Source: an uncultured bacterium
GTDB taxonomy: Bacteria; Krumholzibacteriota; Krumholzibacteriia; Krumholzibacteriales; Krumholzibacteriaceae
Length of the DNA stretch: 64,000 nucleotides
Reading direction: 5' to 3'
Assembly: GCA_964599375.1 (NCBI GenBank)
Contig: CAZREW010000002.1
Coordinates: 119,846 to 183,845 of the forward strand
The translations under genes were made by a program, and so were the position numbers. Under the pieces are notes generated by a model. It had not been told where the DNA came from and ran no database searches. It was given only the letters and a program-made list of their open reading frames with translations. Below, piece after piece: positions 38,660 through 47,854 of the stretch. Numbering within the stretch: the first letter of the stretch is position 1; every line of letters begins with the position of its first letter.

Positions 38660-39544
38660 TCATATCTTCACGGTGCCATCGCCGACGGAGACGACCTTGC
38701 CCGAGACCTTTACGTTCTGAACGAGCCCGCGGTCGCACTTTACGTGAGTGTGCAGCAAAGACGGCCTTCCCATCTCCTTTCCCTGCTCGATATTCAGTTT
38801 GAGCTCGGAAGGGAACTTGAGGATCCTCGCCAGGTAACCGCCCAGCGCTCCCGCCGCCGAGCCGGTAGCGGGATCCTCGCAGACTCCCACCTCGGGAGCG
38901 AAGAACCGCGCATGTATATTGATCCTTCTGCTTTCCACGCGGGCGAAGAGATAGATACCGATCACCTTGTGCCTCGCCGCGACATTGAAGGCCTCTTCCA
39001 TATTCAGTCTCGCGCGGCTGACCACTTCGGAATCCCTAGCCTCGACTATCAGGAAATCGAGACCGTTCGAGACGACTCCTCCTCCTATCACTTCGAACCC
39101 GCCTATACCGACCGCCCTCGCGGCCTGCCCGCGGTTCTGCAGTGCCGTGCCGAATTCGGGCAGGGGCTGGGTCATCGTGAAGGTATAGCCTTTCTTCTGG
39201 GAACCGGAGACTTCGACCTCGATGAGACCGGCATTGAGCTCCAGCACCATATTGAGCGGTTTCTTCCCCTTGGCGCGCTTGTGAAGGACATAAGCGGTCC
39301 CGAGTGTCGGATGTCCCGCGAAGGGAACCTCATCGCCCGGCGTGAATATGCGCACCTTGGCGTCGACCCCCGCAGCCTTTGCGGGATAGACGAACGTCGT
39401 CTCCGAGAAATTCATCTCACGGGCGATATTCTGCATCTGCGGCTTTGTCAGCTTGCCCGGTGTATGGAATACGGCGAGCTGGTTCCCGGAATACGGCTTG
39501 TCAGTGAAGACATCGACTTGCTCGTAAGAGAGTTTTCGACTCAT
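38660..39544 (-). CDS. PhzF-family phenazine biosynthesis-like isomerase
   Basis: N-terminus MSRKLSYEQVDVFTDKPYSGNQLAV and FSETTFV ... GHPTLG motifs of PhzF/DAP-epimerase-like fold. Start set at the internal ATG (39544) preceded by GAGGGG; the track ORF is 117 nt longer. Confidence 0.8.
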   Translation of the reverse strand: MSRKLSYEQVDVFTDKPYSGNQLAVFHTPGKLTKPQMQNIAREMNFSETTFVYPAKAAGVDAKVRIFTPGDEVPFAGHPTLGTAYVLHKRAKGKKPLNMVLELNAGLIEVEVSGSQKKGYTFTMTQPLPEFGTALQNRGQAARAVGIGGFEVIGGGVVSNGLDFLIVEARDSEVVSRARLNMEEAFNVAARHKVIGIYLFARVESRRINIHARFFAPEVGVCEDPATGSAAGALGGYLARILKFPSELKLNIEQGKEMGRPSLLHTHVKCDRGLVQNVKVSGKVVSVGDGTVKI

Positions 39545-39794
39545 GATATGGCCCCTCGAATACTGTTTAAAGGCCTGTTCAGCCGCTTTTTTCGATGTTA
39601 GCAGAAAACCCGCCGAGCCCGAAATAAAAAAGTCCGGAATCCGCATAATTCTTTGTTTCACAGGCTATTTTGAACCGCCAGGACCTTCTTCGGGGGGCGA
39701 TTTTTCCTTTCTTTGACTGTACATGGCGCCCGGGATGGGATATATTACCCGAAACTCGCAAGAGTATCTTCAAGACTATGGAGGTGACACCGAC

Positions 39795-40394
39795 ATGATG
39801 AAGCTTCTACCCGCGGTTCTGACGGTGGCCCTGGTCCTCGCGGCCGCGGTCCCGGCTTCCTCCCAGGAGAAGGCCAAGGAGACATACCCCCGCGTCTACG
39901 TGAAGACGAACGTGGGCGGGTTCACGATCGAGCTCTACCCCGACAAGGCTCCCGAGACTGTCGCGAACTTTCTCAACTACGTCGACAAGGGGTATTACGC
40001 TGGCACCGTTTTCCACAGGGTCATAAAGGGATTCATGATCCAGGGCGGTGGATTCACTCCCGACATGTCTCAGAAGGAACCGGCTCCCCCGATAAAGAAC
40101 GAGGCGTACAACGGGCTTAAGAACAAGAAGTACACGATCGCTATGGCGAGAACGAACGTCATAGACAGCGCGACCAGCCAGTTCTTCATCAACACGGCTG
40201 ATAACACGGCTCTCGACTTCAGGGAAAAGAGCCAGACAGGATTCGGGTACTGCGTGTTCGGCAAGGTCATCGAGGGAACCGACGTCATCGACAAGATCGA
40301 GATGGTCCAGACGACGTCGAAGGGATCGTACGATGACGTGCCGGTCAAGCCCGTCATCATCAAGGCGATGACCCTGATGACGGAAGAGAAGTAA
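39795..40394 (+). CDS. secreted cyclophilin-type peptidyl-prolyl cis-trans isomerase
   Basis: Signal peptide MMKLLPAVLTVALVLAAAVPASS, then TNVGGFTIELYPDKAPETVANFLNYV...FHRVIKGFMIQGGGF cyclophilin core. Start at the ATG after GGAGGTG. Confidence 0.85.
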   Translation: MMKLLPAVLTVALVLAAAVPASSQEKAKETYPRVYVKTNVGGFTIELYPDKAPETVANFLNYVDKGYYAGTVFHRVIKGFMIQGGGFTPDMSQKEPAPPIKNEAYNGLKNKKYTIAMARTNVIDSATSQFFINTADNTALDFREKSQTGFGYCVFGKVIEGTDVIDKIEMVQTTSKGSYDDVPVKPVIIKAMTLMTEEK

Positions 40395-40427
40395 CGGGGA
40401 TCAGGGAGAGAAATAATAGATCTTACC

Positions 40428-40460
40428 GGGCGGTCCGCCGACGGGCCGCCCTTTCAGTAT
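40428..40460 (+). terminator. rho-independent terminator for the cyclophilin gene (GGGCGGTCCG-CCGA-CGGGCCGCCC + TTTCAGTAT)
   Basis: 10-bp stem (one G-U) plus T-rich tail, 34 nt past the stop; shared with the convergent gene end. Confidence 0.55.
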
Positions 40461-41776
40461 CCGAGGGGCAGCCAGGCCGAGACGGCGCCCGGGTCGTCAT
40501 CGCCCGCAAAAAGCCTTCCACCAAGGGATTCAAGTATATATCCGGAGAGAGTAAGGCCGGAATCGGCCGGAGGCCCGGGCGAGCCCTTGTACTCGGCGGC
40601 GAGGCTGTCCAGGATGGCGTCTATAGCGTCCCCACCGCTCTCTTCACCGCCGCTCACTCGGAGCACCAGCCATGGTCCATCCTCTCCGCCGGGCCCCTCG
40701 CTGACAACCGACCATACGATCTCGACGGCGGAGCCCCTCCCCACGGAGAGGGTGATCTTCTCCACGATGCTGCGGACCACATATTCGAGCTTTCCCCTGT
40801 CGGCACGGATCGTCATCCCGCCGGACCTGTCCTCCACCGACACCGTCAGCTCCCTGCGCTCGAAATCGGCTATCATCTCCCTCGTGACGTCTTCGATGAC
40901 GTCGGCCATATCGACTTCTGTGAGGCCGGACAGCGGCCCATCAGGCTCGATACCGCTCAGGGAGATCAGTTCCCTTATCCTCGCACCGAGACGCACGGCG
41001 GCGTCCCTCGCCATGTCGATCATCACATGGCCGCTGTCGTCCCCCGGGTCCATGGACCAGAGCCCGCTCTTGAGGACGCCGAGGGAAGTCTCGAGATCGG
41101 CGGCCGTCTTCTCGAGGACCGCGTTGCGGACCGCGCGGAATTCCATATCGCGCCTTTTCTCGAGGGCCTCGGCTCCGCGCCCGGAATCATCCGATATCAG
41201 CCGGCCCGCTACCGCGACCGAAGTGATCCCGGCCATCAGGCCTATCGCCAGGCGCATGTCCTCCGCCGGACATCCTTTCGGCAGGTCCGAGGAAAACACG
41301 TACAGCCCGATGACCTCGCCGCAGAACTTAAGGGCGCACGCCGAACCGGTGCCGGCGCGCACGAAAGCGTCCTGCGCGTCAAGCTCGCTCCCGGTCAGCT
41401 CGCCCGGTGAACAGAAGAAGCTCTCCATCACCTCCGGCGAACCGCTTCGGCCCAGCCAGTCGACGAACGTGGAGCCTGCGTCTATCGTCCTCGGGAGCGT
41501 GCCCGGATCCACCGTCCCGCCGTGCATCAGTTCCAGATGCCCGTTTCCTTTTTCATCGAGATACAGAGCGTGCCGCCCGACGCACAGGCCGCCGGCTACT
41601 GCCCGGAGCATCTCCGCGGCCGCCTCGCGATGGTCGCGGCAGGTCTCCAGCGCCCCGGCAAGCCGCGCGGCCGCCTCGAAGGCCCGGGCCTTCCAGACAA
41701 GCGGCCTGCTCGCCGGGTCTACGGCTGAAAGCCTCCCTGCATCTTCCCTGCTTCTGCCGTTCCTAAGGTCCCCCAT
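40454..41776 (-). CDS. GAF-domain sensor protein with C-terminal histidine-kinase-like ATPase domain
   Basis: GAF-like region (…GSACALKFCGEVIGLYVFSSD…) and C-terminal HATPase-like G-boxes (DSGLTLSGYILESLGGRL). Start uncertain: the track ORF begins at 41947, but its first 57 codons are Arg/Pro-rich and look non-coding, so the internal ATG at 41776 is used. Confidence 0.55.
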   Translation of the reverse strand: MGDLRNGRSREDAGRLSAVDPASRPLVWKARAFEAAARLAGALETCRDHREAAAEMLRAVAGGLCVGRHALYLDEKGNGHLELMHGGTVDPGTLPRTIDAGSTFVDWLGRSGSPEVMESFFCSPGELTGSELDAQDAFVRAGTGSACALKFCGEVIGLYVFSSDLPKGCPAEDMRLAIGLMAGITSVAVAGRLISDDSGRGAEALEKRRDMEFRAVRNAVLEKTAADLETSLGVLKSGLWSMDPGDDSGHVMIDMARDAAVRLGARIRELISLSGIEPDGPLSGLTEVDMADVIEDVTREMIADFERRELTVSVEDRSGGMTIRADRGKLEYVVRSIVEKITLSVGRGSAVEIVWSVVSEGPGGEDGPWLVLRVSGGEESGGDAIDAILDSLAAEYKGSPGPPADSGLTLSGYILESLGGRLFAGDDDPGAVSAWLPLGY

Positions 41777-41949
41777 GCGGTCCCTCGACTGTAAGATATT
41801 CACACCACGGGCCGGATTTCTTGCGCTTTCCGGCGCGGAATCCACCAACCAGGGGGAAACGCAAGAAATGTTCACAATCCGGGTCTGAATGAAAAGGGGC
41901 GCGCCGCGAAGGCGCGCCCCGAAGTGCGGGCGGAGGATCGGGGGCATCG

Positions 41950-42453
41950 TCAGGCCTGGCGCTCCCTGATCTTCTTGATCATGCCGGAGATCCAGATCAC
42001 ATGCTGTCTCTCCTCCTCGATGAGGCGGTCGATCTCATTTTTGCCGAGATCCTCTCTTGTCCTCTCCTTCATCTCGGTGAAGAAGAGTATCGTGTCCTTC
42101 TCGAACGTGAGGGCGCCCTGTAGGACGCTGATCGGATCGCACCTGTCCGTGCAGGCGTTCTCGGCCTCGCGCACATTGTTGAAAAGCCTCGACCTGACAA
42201 GTGCGTCGAGATAGAGATACTCCTGGTCATCGGGGTCGGAGACCAGGGGAGTCGTGCCCTTCGCGGGGATGTTGTCCCGCAGTTTCTTGAAAGTCTCATA
42301 ATGATGGTGCTCAGCGGTCATCAGATCGACGAATATCTTCTTTATCTCGGGATCCCCGGTCAGCTCGGCGGCCTTGCTGTAGTAAGCCTCGCCGTTCTTC
42401 TCGATATCCATCCCCATCTCGAAGACTTCATCGGCGTTAAAGGAAATGCCCAT
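41950..42453 (-). CDS. rubrerythrin-family / ferritin-like diiron protein (no rubredoxin domain)
   Basis: 167 aa; ferritin-like four-helix pattern with E...ExxH pairs (MTAEHHHYETF..., EEERQHVIW). Confidence 0.75.
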   Translation of the reverse strand: MGISFNADEVFEMGMDIEKNGEAYYSKAAELTGDPEIKKIFVDLMTAEHHHYETFKKLRDNIPAKGTTPLVSDPDDQEYLYLDALVRSRLFNNVREAENACTDRCDPISVLQGALTFEKDTILFFTEMKERTREDLGKNEIDRLIEEERQHVIWISGMIKKIRERQA

Positions 42454-42575
42454 TCATGGTCCTCCCGTAGACAATCGTTCGCTTCCATGCCTTGTACGGG
42501 CACGGATCTATTCTGATCGGACTCCTGGACGTATTCGAAATAGATCACAGCCCCTGGGCCCGAAACCTAGCAGTG

Positions 42576-42737
42576 TCAGTCGACAGGCGAGAAATCTTCC
42601 TTTCCGGCGCCGCAGTCGGGGCATACCCAGTCGTCGGGAAGATCCTTGAAGGCCGTCCCCGGCTCGACCCCGTTATCGGGATCGCCGATCTCCGGATCGT
42701 AGATATAACCGCAGATGTCGCATACATACTTTTTCAT
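42576..42737 (-). CDS. rubredoxin (53 aa)
   Basis: Hand translation of the minus strand: [53 protein letters not shown], with both CxxCG knuckles and near-identity to clostridial rubredoxins. AAAGGAG lies 6 nt upstream. Missing from the ORF track, which lists only a wrong-frame 60-aa ORF here. Confidence 0.9.
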   Translation of the reverse strand: MKKYVCDICGYIYDPEIGDPDNGVEPGTAFKDLPDDWVCPDCGAGKEDFSPVD

Positions 42738-42748
42738 ACCCGCTCCTT

Positions 42749-43234
42749 TCAGTCTTCCAGGAATCCGGACTGGTCCATGTCGAACCAGTAGAATCCCCCC
42801 GTGAGTGCGTTCTTCTCAGCCGTAAGCAGATCGTAGTGCCCTTTTTCCTGCTGCGCAAGAGATTCGAACATCTTTTTCAGCTCCGGATCCGAGGCCTTCC
42901 GAGCCTCGGCGAGGTAGAAATCGTTGGCCTTCGACTCGGCCTCGATGGCTATATCGAGAGCCTCCATCGCGCCTGCCTCTCCGTTGATCTCAATGTCCTT
43001 TATCTCGGAGTTCCTTATCTGATGCTCGTCTTCGACGAAATCGGTCTCGAAGAGCCGGGAGTACCATCCCTTCAGTGTATCCCTGTGGCCCCTCTCGTCC
43101 ACGGACAGCTGCTCGAACCTGCTGCTGCCCTCTTTGTTCTCGATCCTGCCGGCCATCCTCGAGTAGAAGTTCATCGCTCCTATCTCGGCGTATATCGCCC
43201 TCGAGATGGCGTCCTTAAGAGTGTGTTGCGACAA
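42749..43234 (-). CDS. rubrerythrin-family diiron protein (ferritin-like domain only)
   Basis: 161 aa with two E-x-x-H diiron motifs ([11 protein letters not shown] and [10 protein letters not shown]) and the NFY...A helix typical of rubrerythrins. Confidence 0.85.
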   Translation of the reverse strand: MSQHTLKDAISRAIYAEIGAMNFYSRMAGRIENKEGSSRFEQLSVDERGHRDTLKGWYSRLFETDFVEDEHQIRNSEIKDIEINGEAGAMEALDIAIEAESKANDFYLAEARKASDPELKKMFESLAQQEKGHYDLLTAEKNALTGGFYWFDMDQSGFLED

Positions 43235-43237
43235 GAC

Positions 43238-44233
43238 TCACTCTCCCTTCGCTTTTACCAGTATGATGGAGACCTCATCCCTCAGAGGCCTCCCGCCGAG
43301 GTGGGCCTTCAATCCCTCCAGAACGGCCGCCACTATCTCCGCTGGCGATCCGTCCCGGTTCTCCTCGAGTATCCGCGAGATCCCGCCGCGCCCGTAGATC
43401 GCCTCGTCGGAGTTCTCGGCCTCGACTATGCCGTCGGAGAACACGCAGAAAATATCGCCCCGGTCGAACGGCATCGAGTGCTCCCTGTAGTGGAAAGCGG
43501 GGTCTATGCCGGCGATCAGCTGCGTCTGCAGCAGCGACGAGGCTTTCCCCGACCCGTCTACGAGGAACGGGGGCTCGTGTCCCGCGCAGGTATATGTCAA
43601 CGTTTCGGCGCCGCAGTCGAACAACACGCACAGGACAGTGAGGAATATCCCCTCGCCCTCATATCTTTCGGATAGCTTCTCGTTGAGCACGGTCACGATC
43701 TTTCGCGGGCTCAGCATCTCGGCTTCCATTTTGGACAACGAGACCGAATCGACATATTCGCCGACCGCCTTGGCAGCGAACCCGTTGATCTCGGTGGTCT
43801 TCATGCTGTGGCCCATCGCATCGTAGAGCAGCAGAAGGGTCCCGGTGGCGTTGCCGCCGTGGTCCCGGATTACCCGGGAAAATACACTGTCGCCGCCGAC
43901 CAGCCTGCTCGGCATCGTGAGCGCGATCGCTTCGAGCCTTTCGCTCAGTTCCAGGGGAGTGAAGGAGGGCCTGCTTGGGATCTTGTACGAGAGGGCCGTC
44001 CCGCCCTCTTCTCCCTCGTCACCGTTCCATCCCTTCTCGATCGACTTGTACTCGTTGACCAGGAGCTGCCTATGGACGCGCTCTTCCTCGGCGAGCCTCG
44101 CGAGAAGGCCCCTGGCGCCGGCCGGCATGTTCTCGTTCTCGCTGCCCTTGTAATAGAAGTTGAACGCGTTCGTCTCCCGGATGATCGCGCCCGAAAGCAC
44201 CTTGAGTATCTCTTCGCGTTCGTCGATGCCCAC
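43238..44233 (-). CDS. PP2C-family (SpoIIE/RsbU-type) serine phosphatase with N-terminal half-rubrerythrin (ferritin-like two-helix) sensor domain
   Basis: N-terminal 70 aa (AIIRETNAFNFYYKGS...LARLAEEERVHRQLL) are homologous to the first helix pair of the adjacent rubrerythrin ([16 protein letters not shown]...[13 protein letters not shown]). The remainder has PPM motifs GGDSVF, LLLLYDAMGHSMKTT, FSDGIVEAEN. Confidence 0.8.
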   Translation of the reverse strand: MGIDEREEILKVLSGAIIRETNAFNFYYKGSENENMPAGARGLLARLAEEERVHRQLLVNEYKSIEKGWNGDEGEEGGTALSYKIPSRPSFTPLELSERLEAIALTMPSRLVGGDSVFSRVIRDHGGNATGTLLLLYDAMGHSMKTTEINGFAAKAVGEYVDSVSLSKMEAEMLSPRKIVTVLNEKLSERYEGEGIFLTVLCVLFDCGAETLTYTCAGHEPPFLVDGSGKASSLLQTQLIAGIDPAFHYREHSMPFDRGDIFCVFSDGIVEAENSDEAIYGRGGISRILEENRDGSPAEIVAAVLEGLKAHLGGRPLRDEVSIILVKAKGE

Positions 44234-44260
44234 TTGCTCCGCCTTCCGCCGGCAGCCTGT

Positions 44261-44283
44261 ATTTGATTTATCGATTTATTCCG
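44261..44283. promoter_or_regulatory. candidate Fur-family operator: direct repeat GATTTAT-c-GATTTAT upstream of the phosphatase-rubrerythrin-rubredoxin operon
   Basis: Seen in sequence 30-50 nt upstream of the PP2C gene start, immediately downstream of the fur-family gene. The AT-rich hexamer repeats resemble Fur/PerR-box half-sites. Confidence 0.3.
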
Positions 44284-44346
44284 CTCAATAAGGAACAGAG
44301 GCGGCTTGCCCACCGCCTCCCACTGATCGCGCGCCGAGGCTGTCCC

Positions 44347-44763
44347 CTAGAGACAGTTTCCGCACGTGCCCTTGAGTACGACCTGCGCCGATTCGATCCT
44401 GTGCCCTGAGATATCGCCCTGCGGCAATGACATATTCTCGTTATCGCGCGGGAAAATGTCAATGATACTGTTACAGCGCCTGCAGATGAAATGGTAATGG
44501 GACCCAGTGTCAGGATCGTAGTTGAGAAACTCGTCGAAGAGATGGAGCGACTGAACCTCGCCGATCTTCTCGAGCATATTCAGGGTATTGTAGACCGTCG
44601 AGAAGGAGAGGCTGGGGTATTTCTTTTTGAGGTCCGAGTAGATCGTCGCGGCGGTCGGGTGCGTCTTGTTGCCTATCAGGTACCGGATCACTGACAGCCG
44701 CTGAGGCGTCAGCTTGAACCCTTCGCTCCTGAGCCTGCCAATCGTCGTTTCGAACGAATGCAT
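44347..44763 (-). CDS. Fur-family metalloregulator (PerR-like by context)
   Basis: MHSFETTIGRLRSEGFKLTPQRLSVIRYL (DNA-binding helix, 18 aa before TPQR as in PerR/Fur); C-terminal HYHFICRRCNSI...CGNC metal sites. Start at internal ATG with AGGAG 7 nt upstream; the track ORF is 45 nt longer. An AT-rich inverted repeat CAAGTCAATAATAATTCTTG lies at 44835-44854 upstream. Confidence 0.8.
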   Translation of the reverse strand: MHSFETTIGRLRSEGFKLTPQRLSVIRYLIGNKTHPTAATIYSDLKKKYPSLSFSTVYNTLNMLEKIGEVQSLHLFDEFLNYDPDTGSHYHFICRRCNSIIDIFPRDNENMSLPQGDISGHRIESAQVVLKGTCGNCL

Positions 44764-44936
44764 CTTCCCGCTCCTGTTCTCCCCTGATGTTGTTAATCCT
44801 TTGCGCAAAGTAAAGTTATGAACTGGCCGGCCTCAAGTCAATAATAATTCTTGATGCCGCGCATGCATTCCGGCAGGCCGGCGGCGAGTCACGGGCCTGC
44901 TCCGGTCGATGAAATCAAGCCGAGGATCGGGCCTGC

Positions 44937-45641
44937 CTATCCTCGCGGGCCTTCGGATGCACACAGGGTCGAAATGGGACATTCGTCACAATCCGGCGCG
45001 CGCTTGCACTTTCGTTTGCAATGTACTACGACAAGCGCGTGATATTCGTTATATATTTCCGGAGACTTTCCGAGGGGTTCCTCGAAAAGGCCCCTGATCC
45101 GGTCATAACTTTCGTTACCCCTTATGACACCCAGCCTGGAAAATAACCTTTTCGTATAGGAATCTACAACAAAAAAAGGACGGGAACAGGCATACAGCAT
45201 TATCGAATCGGCGGTCTCCGGCCCTATCCCTTCGAGGGCAAGGAGAGATTCCCTTTCAGGCTGAGCATCACCGATTTCGAGAAAATACCTGGCCAGTATG
45301 CCCAGCCGCCGGGCCTTCTGGTTGTAGTAACCCGAGCTTCGCACGAGCTGCGCGACCTCCTCGCGGGAGGCCGAGGCGAGCCTGGCCGGATCGATCATGC
45401 CCGCCGCGGAGAGGGCTGAGACCGCCCTGGCAGCGTTCTTCCACGACGTGTTCTGGGTGAGCACCGCCCCGACGGCCACCTCGAACCTCTCTCGGCTGTC
45501 ACGCGGCCCGCCGAGGTACTCGGGCTCACCTCCCTTCGTCCTCGTCACGGGCCACCAGCCCTGTCCGCCGTACTCCGACATAAGAAGTCGATAGACCTCC
45601 CTTATCAATTCCGCGGTCCTTCTGTCGGGTGTTTCAGTCAT
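44937..45641 (-). CDS. HhH-GPD superfamily base-excision DNA glycosylase (endonuclease III-related)
   Basis: 234 aa; helix-hairpin-helix LEGIGPETADSIMLYA followed by a conserved Asp; C-terminal CKRKCKRAPDCDECP cysteine cluster (Fe-S type). Confidence 0.75.
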   Translation of the reverse strand: MTETPDRRTAELIREVYRLLMSEYGGQGWWPVTRTKGGEPEYLGGPRDSRERFEVAVGAVLTQNTSWKNAARAVSALSAAGMIDPARLASASREEVAQLVRSSGYYNQKARRLGILARYFLEIGDAQPERESLLALEGIGPETADSIMLYACSRPFFVVDSYTKRLFSRLGVIRGNESYDRIRGLFEEPLGKSPEIYNEYHALVVVHCKRKCKRAPDCDECPISTLCASEGPRG

Positions 45642-45777
45642 ATGCGAAACTTACATCAGGATACCGTCCGGATTCAACCGTCCCGTAACTCCGCCCCGAA
45701 TCAGGTTGACCTTCGGGGCGATTCTCTCTTACCGTCATCTGATAAGATGCGACCAAGGTCACTGCGAAAGGTCTCAT

Positions 45778-46191
45778 ATGAGCACTACAAGGTTCGGAGT
45801 CTCCATGGAAGACGCCCTTCTCGGGCGGCTGGACGACATGGTCCGGGACAAGGGCTATCCCAACAGGTCCGAGGCGATCCGCGACCTGGTGAGAAAGACT
45901 ATCGTCGACGACGAATGGGACGACACCTCGGGCGAGATAATAGGCGTCCTGGTCATAGTCTTCGATCATCACAGGCGTGAGCTCTCATCACGGCTCCTGA
46001 AGATGGAGCACGACCGGGAGGGCAGTATCCTTTCCACCCTGCATCTTCATCTCGATCACGACAACTGCCTTGAGGTCAAGGTGATCCGGGGTAAAGCCTT
46101 AGAGGTGAGGGAGTTCGCCGAGGAGATGATCTCGATGAAAGGCATCAAGTACGGCACCCTTGTGCGGGCCACCTCGGGCGGGGCCCTGTAG
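45778..46191 (+). CDS. nikR: nickel-responsive transcriptional regulator NikR (ribbon-helix-helix + ACT-like metal-binding domain)
   Basis: RFGVSMEDALLGRLDDMVRDKGYPNRSEAIRDLV (RHH) and HLHLDHDNCLEV (high-affinity Ni site signature). The track ORF starts 72 nt earlier in non-coding-looking sequence. Confidence 0.8.
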   Translation: MSTTRFGVSMEDALLGRLDDMVRDKGYPNRSEAIRDLVRKTIVDDEWDDTSGEIIGVLVIVFDHHRRELSSRLLKMEHDREGSILSTLHLHLDHDNCLEVKVIRGKALEVREFAEEMISMKGIKYGTLVRATSGGAL

Positions 46192-46277
46192 GCACCGGCT
46201 CCGCCCGATGTCACGCGGGAAAATCCCCGTCCGTATATTTTTAGATCGTTTGCGCCCGGCCAGGGCCGCAGAGAGGA

Positions 46278-47822
46278 ATGACGATGACTGAAGGCAACGG
46301 CAGCAGGACTCCAGCGAAGCGATCCGCGATGATAAGGTTTCTCGACAGTGTCGAGAAGATAGGCAACAGGCTCCCCCACCCCGCGACCCTTTTCGCGATA
46401 TTTGCGTTCACGGTTGCCGTAGCCTCCTGGCTGATATCGAGGGCCCACGTCACCGCCGTCCACCCGGGAACGGGCGAGACTATCAGCGCCGTCAACATGA
46501 TCTCGAAGGACGGGTTCAGGTTCATGTGGACCGATATGACCGACAATTTCGTCTATTTCCCTCCTCTCGGGATCGTGCTCGTCGCGATGATAGGCATCGG
46601 CGTCGCGGAAGGTTCCGGGCTGATCTCGGCGCTCCTGCGACACCTGGTCACGAGCGCGCCGCCGCGTCTCATAACAGCCGCCGTGATCGCCGCCGGGATA
46701 CTCTCGCACCTCGCCTCGAGCGTCGGGTACGTCGTCCTGATCCCACTTGGAGCTATGATCTTCGCGGCCGTCAAGAGGCACCCGATCGCCGGGCTGGCCG
46801 CGGCCTTCCTCGGAGTGTCCGGGGGATTCGGAGCGAACTTCCTGATCGGATCGATCGACCCGATACTCGCTGGACTGACCGAGTCGGCCGCCCGTATCAT
46901 CTCACCGGATATAAGCATCACCCCCGCGGTAAACTACTACTTCATGCTGGTCTCCGCCTGCATGATCGTGGTCGCGGGCACTTTCGTCACCGAGAAGATC
47001 GTCGAGCCGCGGCTCGGAAAGTACGAAGGCGAGACGGAGGACTTCGAGAAGGTGTCTCCGAACGAGAGGAAGGGCCTCGCCTGGGCGGGAGCATCGCTTG
47101 CTTTATTCCTCGGTATCATAGCGCTGCTTACTCTCCCGAAGGAAGCCCTGCTGAGGGACCCCGGGACAGGCTCGCTGCTGCGGTCGCCTTTCATGGACGG
47201 ATTGATAACAGCGATCATGGTCTTTTTTCTGGTACCGGGGATCGTGTACGGGATAGCCGTCGGCTCGATACGAAGCGACAAGGATATCGTCAAGTTCATG
47301 ACCGGCTCCATGAAGGGACTTGCCGGCTATATCGTGCTCGTATTCTTCGCCGGGCAGTTCGTCTACTATTTCAAGTACAGCAATATCGGAGTACTTCTGG
47401 CGATAAAGGGAGCGGAGCTGCTCGGAAATATCGGGTTCACCGGAATAATGCTGCTCGTCTCATTCGTGATACTGTCGGCGTTCATTAACCTCTTCATGGG
47501 AAGCGCGTCGGCCAAGTGGGCGATCATGGCGCCTGTCTTCGTGCCGATGTTCATGCTGCTCGGCTATCACCCGGGCATAACACAGGCGGCGTTCAGGATC
47601 GGGGATTCGATAACCAACATCATCACCCCGATGATGAGTTACTTCGCGCTGATCGTCGCCTTCGCGCAGAAATATGACGAAAAATACGGAATAGGGACGA
47701 TCACGGCCACGATGCTTCCGTACACCATCATCATCGGCGTGGTATGGACGCTTCTGCTCGCCGTATGGATGATGATCGGGCTGCCCGTCGGCCCCGACGC
47801 GCCGATCCATCTTCCCGGCTGA
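46278..47822 (+). CDS. AbgT-family transporter (p-aminobenzoyl-glutamate/MtrF-type)
   Basis: 514 aa, about 12 TM; family pattern from N-terminal RFLDSVEKIGNRLPHPATLFAIFA through C-terminal QKYDEKYGIGTITATMLPY. Confidence 0.85.
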   Translation: MTMTEGNGSRTPAKRSAMIRFLDSVEKIGNRLPHPATLFAIFAFTVAVASWLISRAHVTAVHPGTGETISAVNMISKDGFRFMWTDMTDNFVYFPPLGIVLVAMIGIGVAEGSGLISALLRHLVTSAPPRLITAAVIAAGILSHLASSVGYVVLIPLGAMIFAAVKRHPIAGLAAAFLGVSGGFGANFLIGSIDPILAGLTESAARIISPDISITPAVNYYFMLVSACMIVVAGTFVTEKIVEPRLGKYEGETEDFEKVSPNERKGLAWAGASLALFLGIIALLTLPKEALLRDPGTGSLLRSPFMDGLITAIMVFFLVPGIVYGIAVGSIRSDKDIVKFMTGSMKGLAGYIVLVFFAGQFVYYFKYSNIGVLLAIKGAELLGNIGFTGIMLLVSFVILSAFINLFMGSASAKWAIMAPVFVPMFMLLGYHPGITQAAFRIGDSITNIITPMMSYFALIVAFAQKYDEKYGIGTITATMLPYTIIIGVVWTLLLAVWMMIGLPVGPDAPIHLPG

Positions 47823-47854
47823 CGGGATGCAGGATGCCGCGTGAAAGGAAGACG

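Noticed and set aside
40454-41947. Full-length 497-aa version of the GAF/kinase ORF
   Set aside because: The first 57 codons (MPPILRPHFGARLRGAPLFIQTRIVN...) are Arg/Pro-rich and look like non-coding read-through. I used the internal ATG at 41776, but the true start remains uncertain.
42545-42727. 60-aa minus-strand ORF listed in the track (MYATSAV...)
   Set aside because: It is frame-shifted by one relative to the genuine rubredoxin reading frame (start 42737) and encodes a low-complexity Ser/Arg/Thr-rich peptide.
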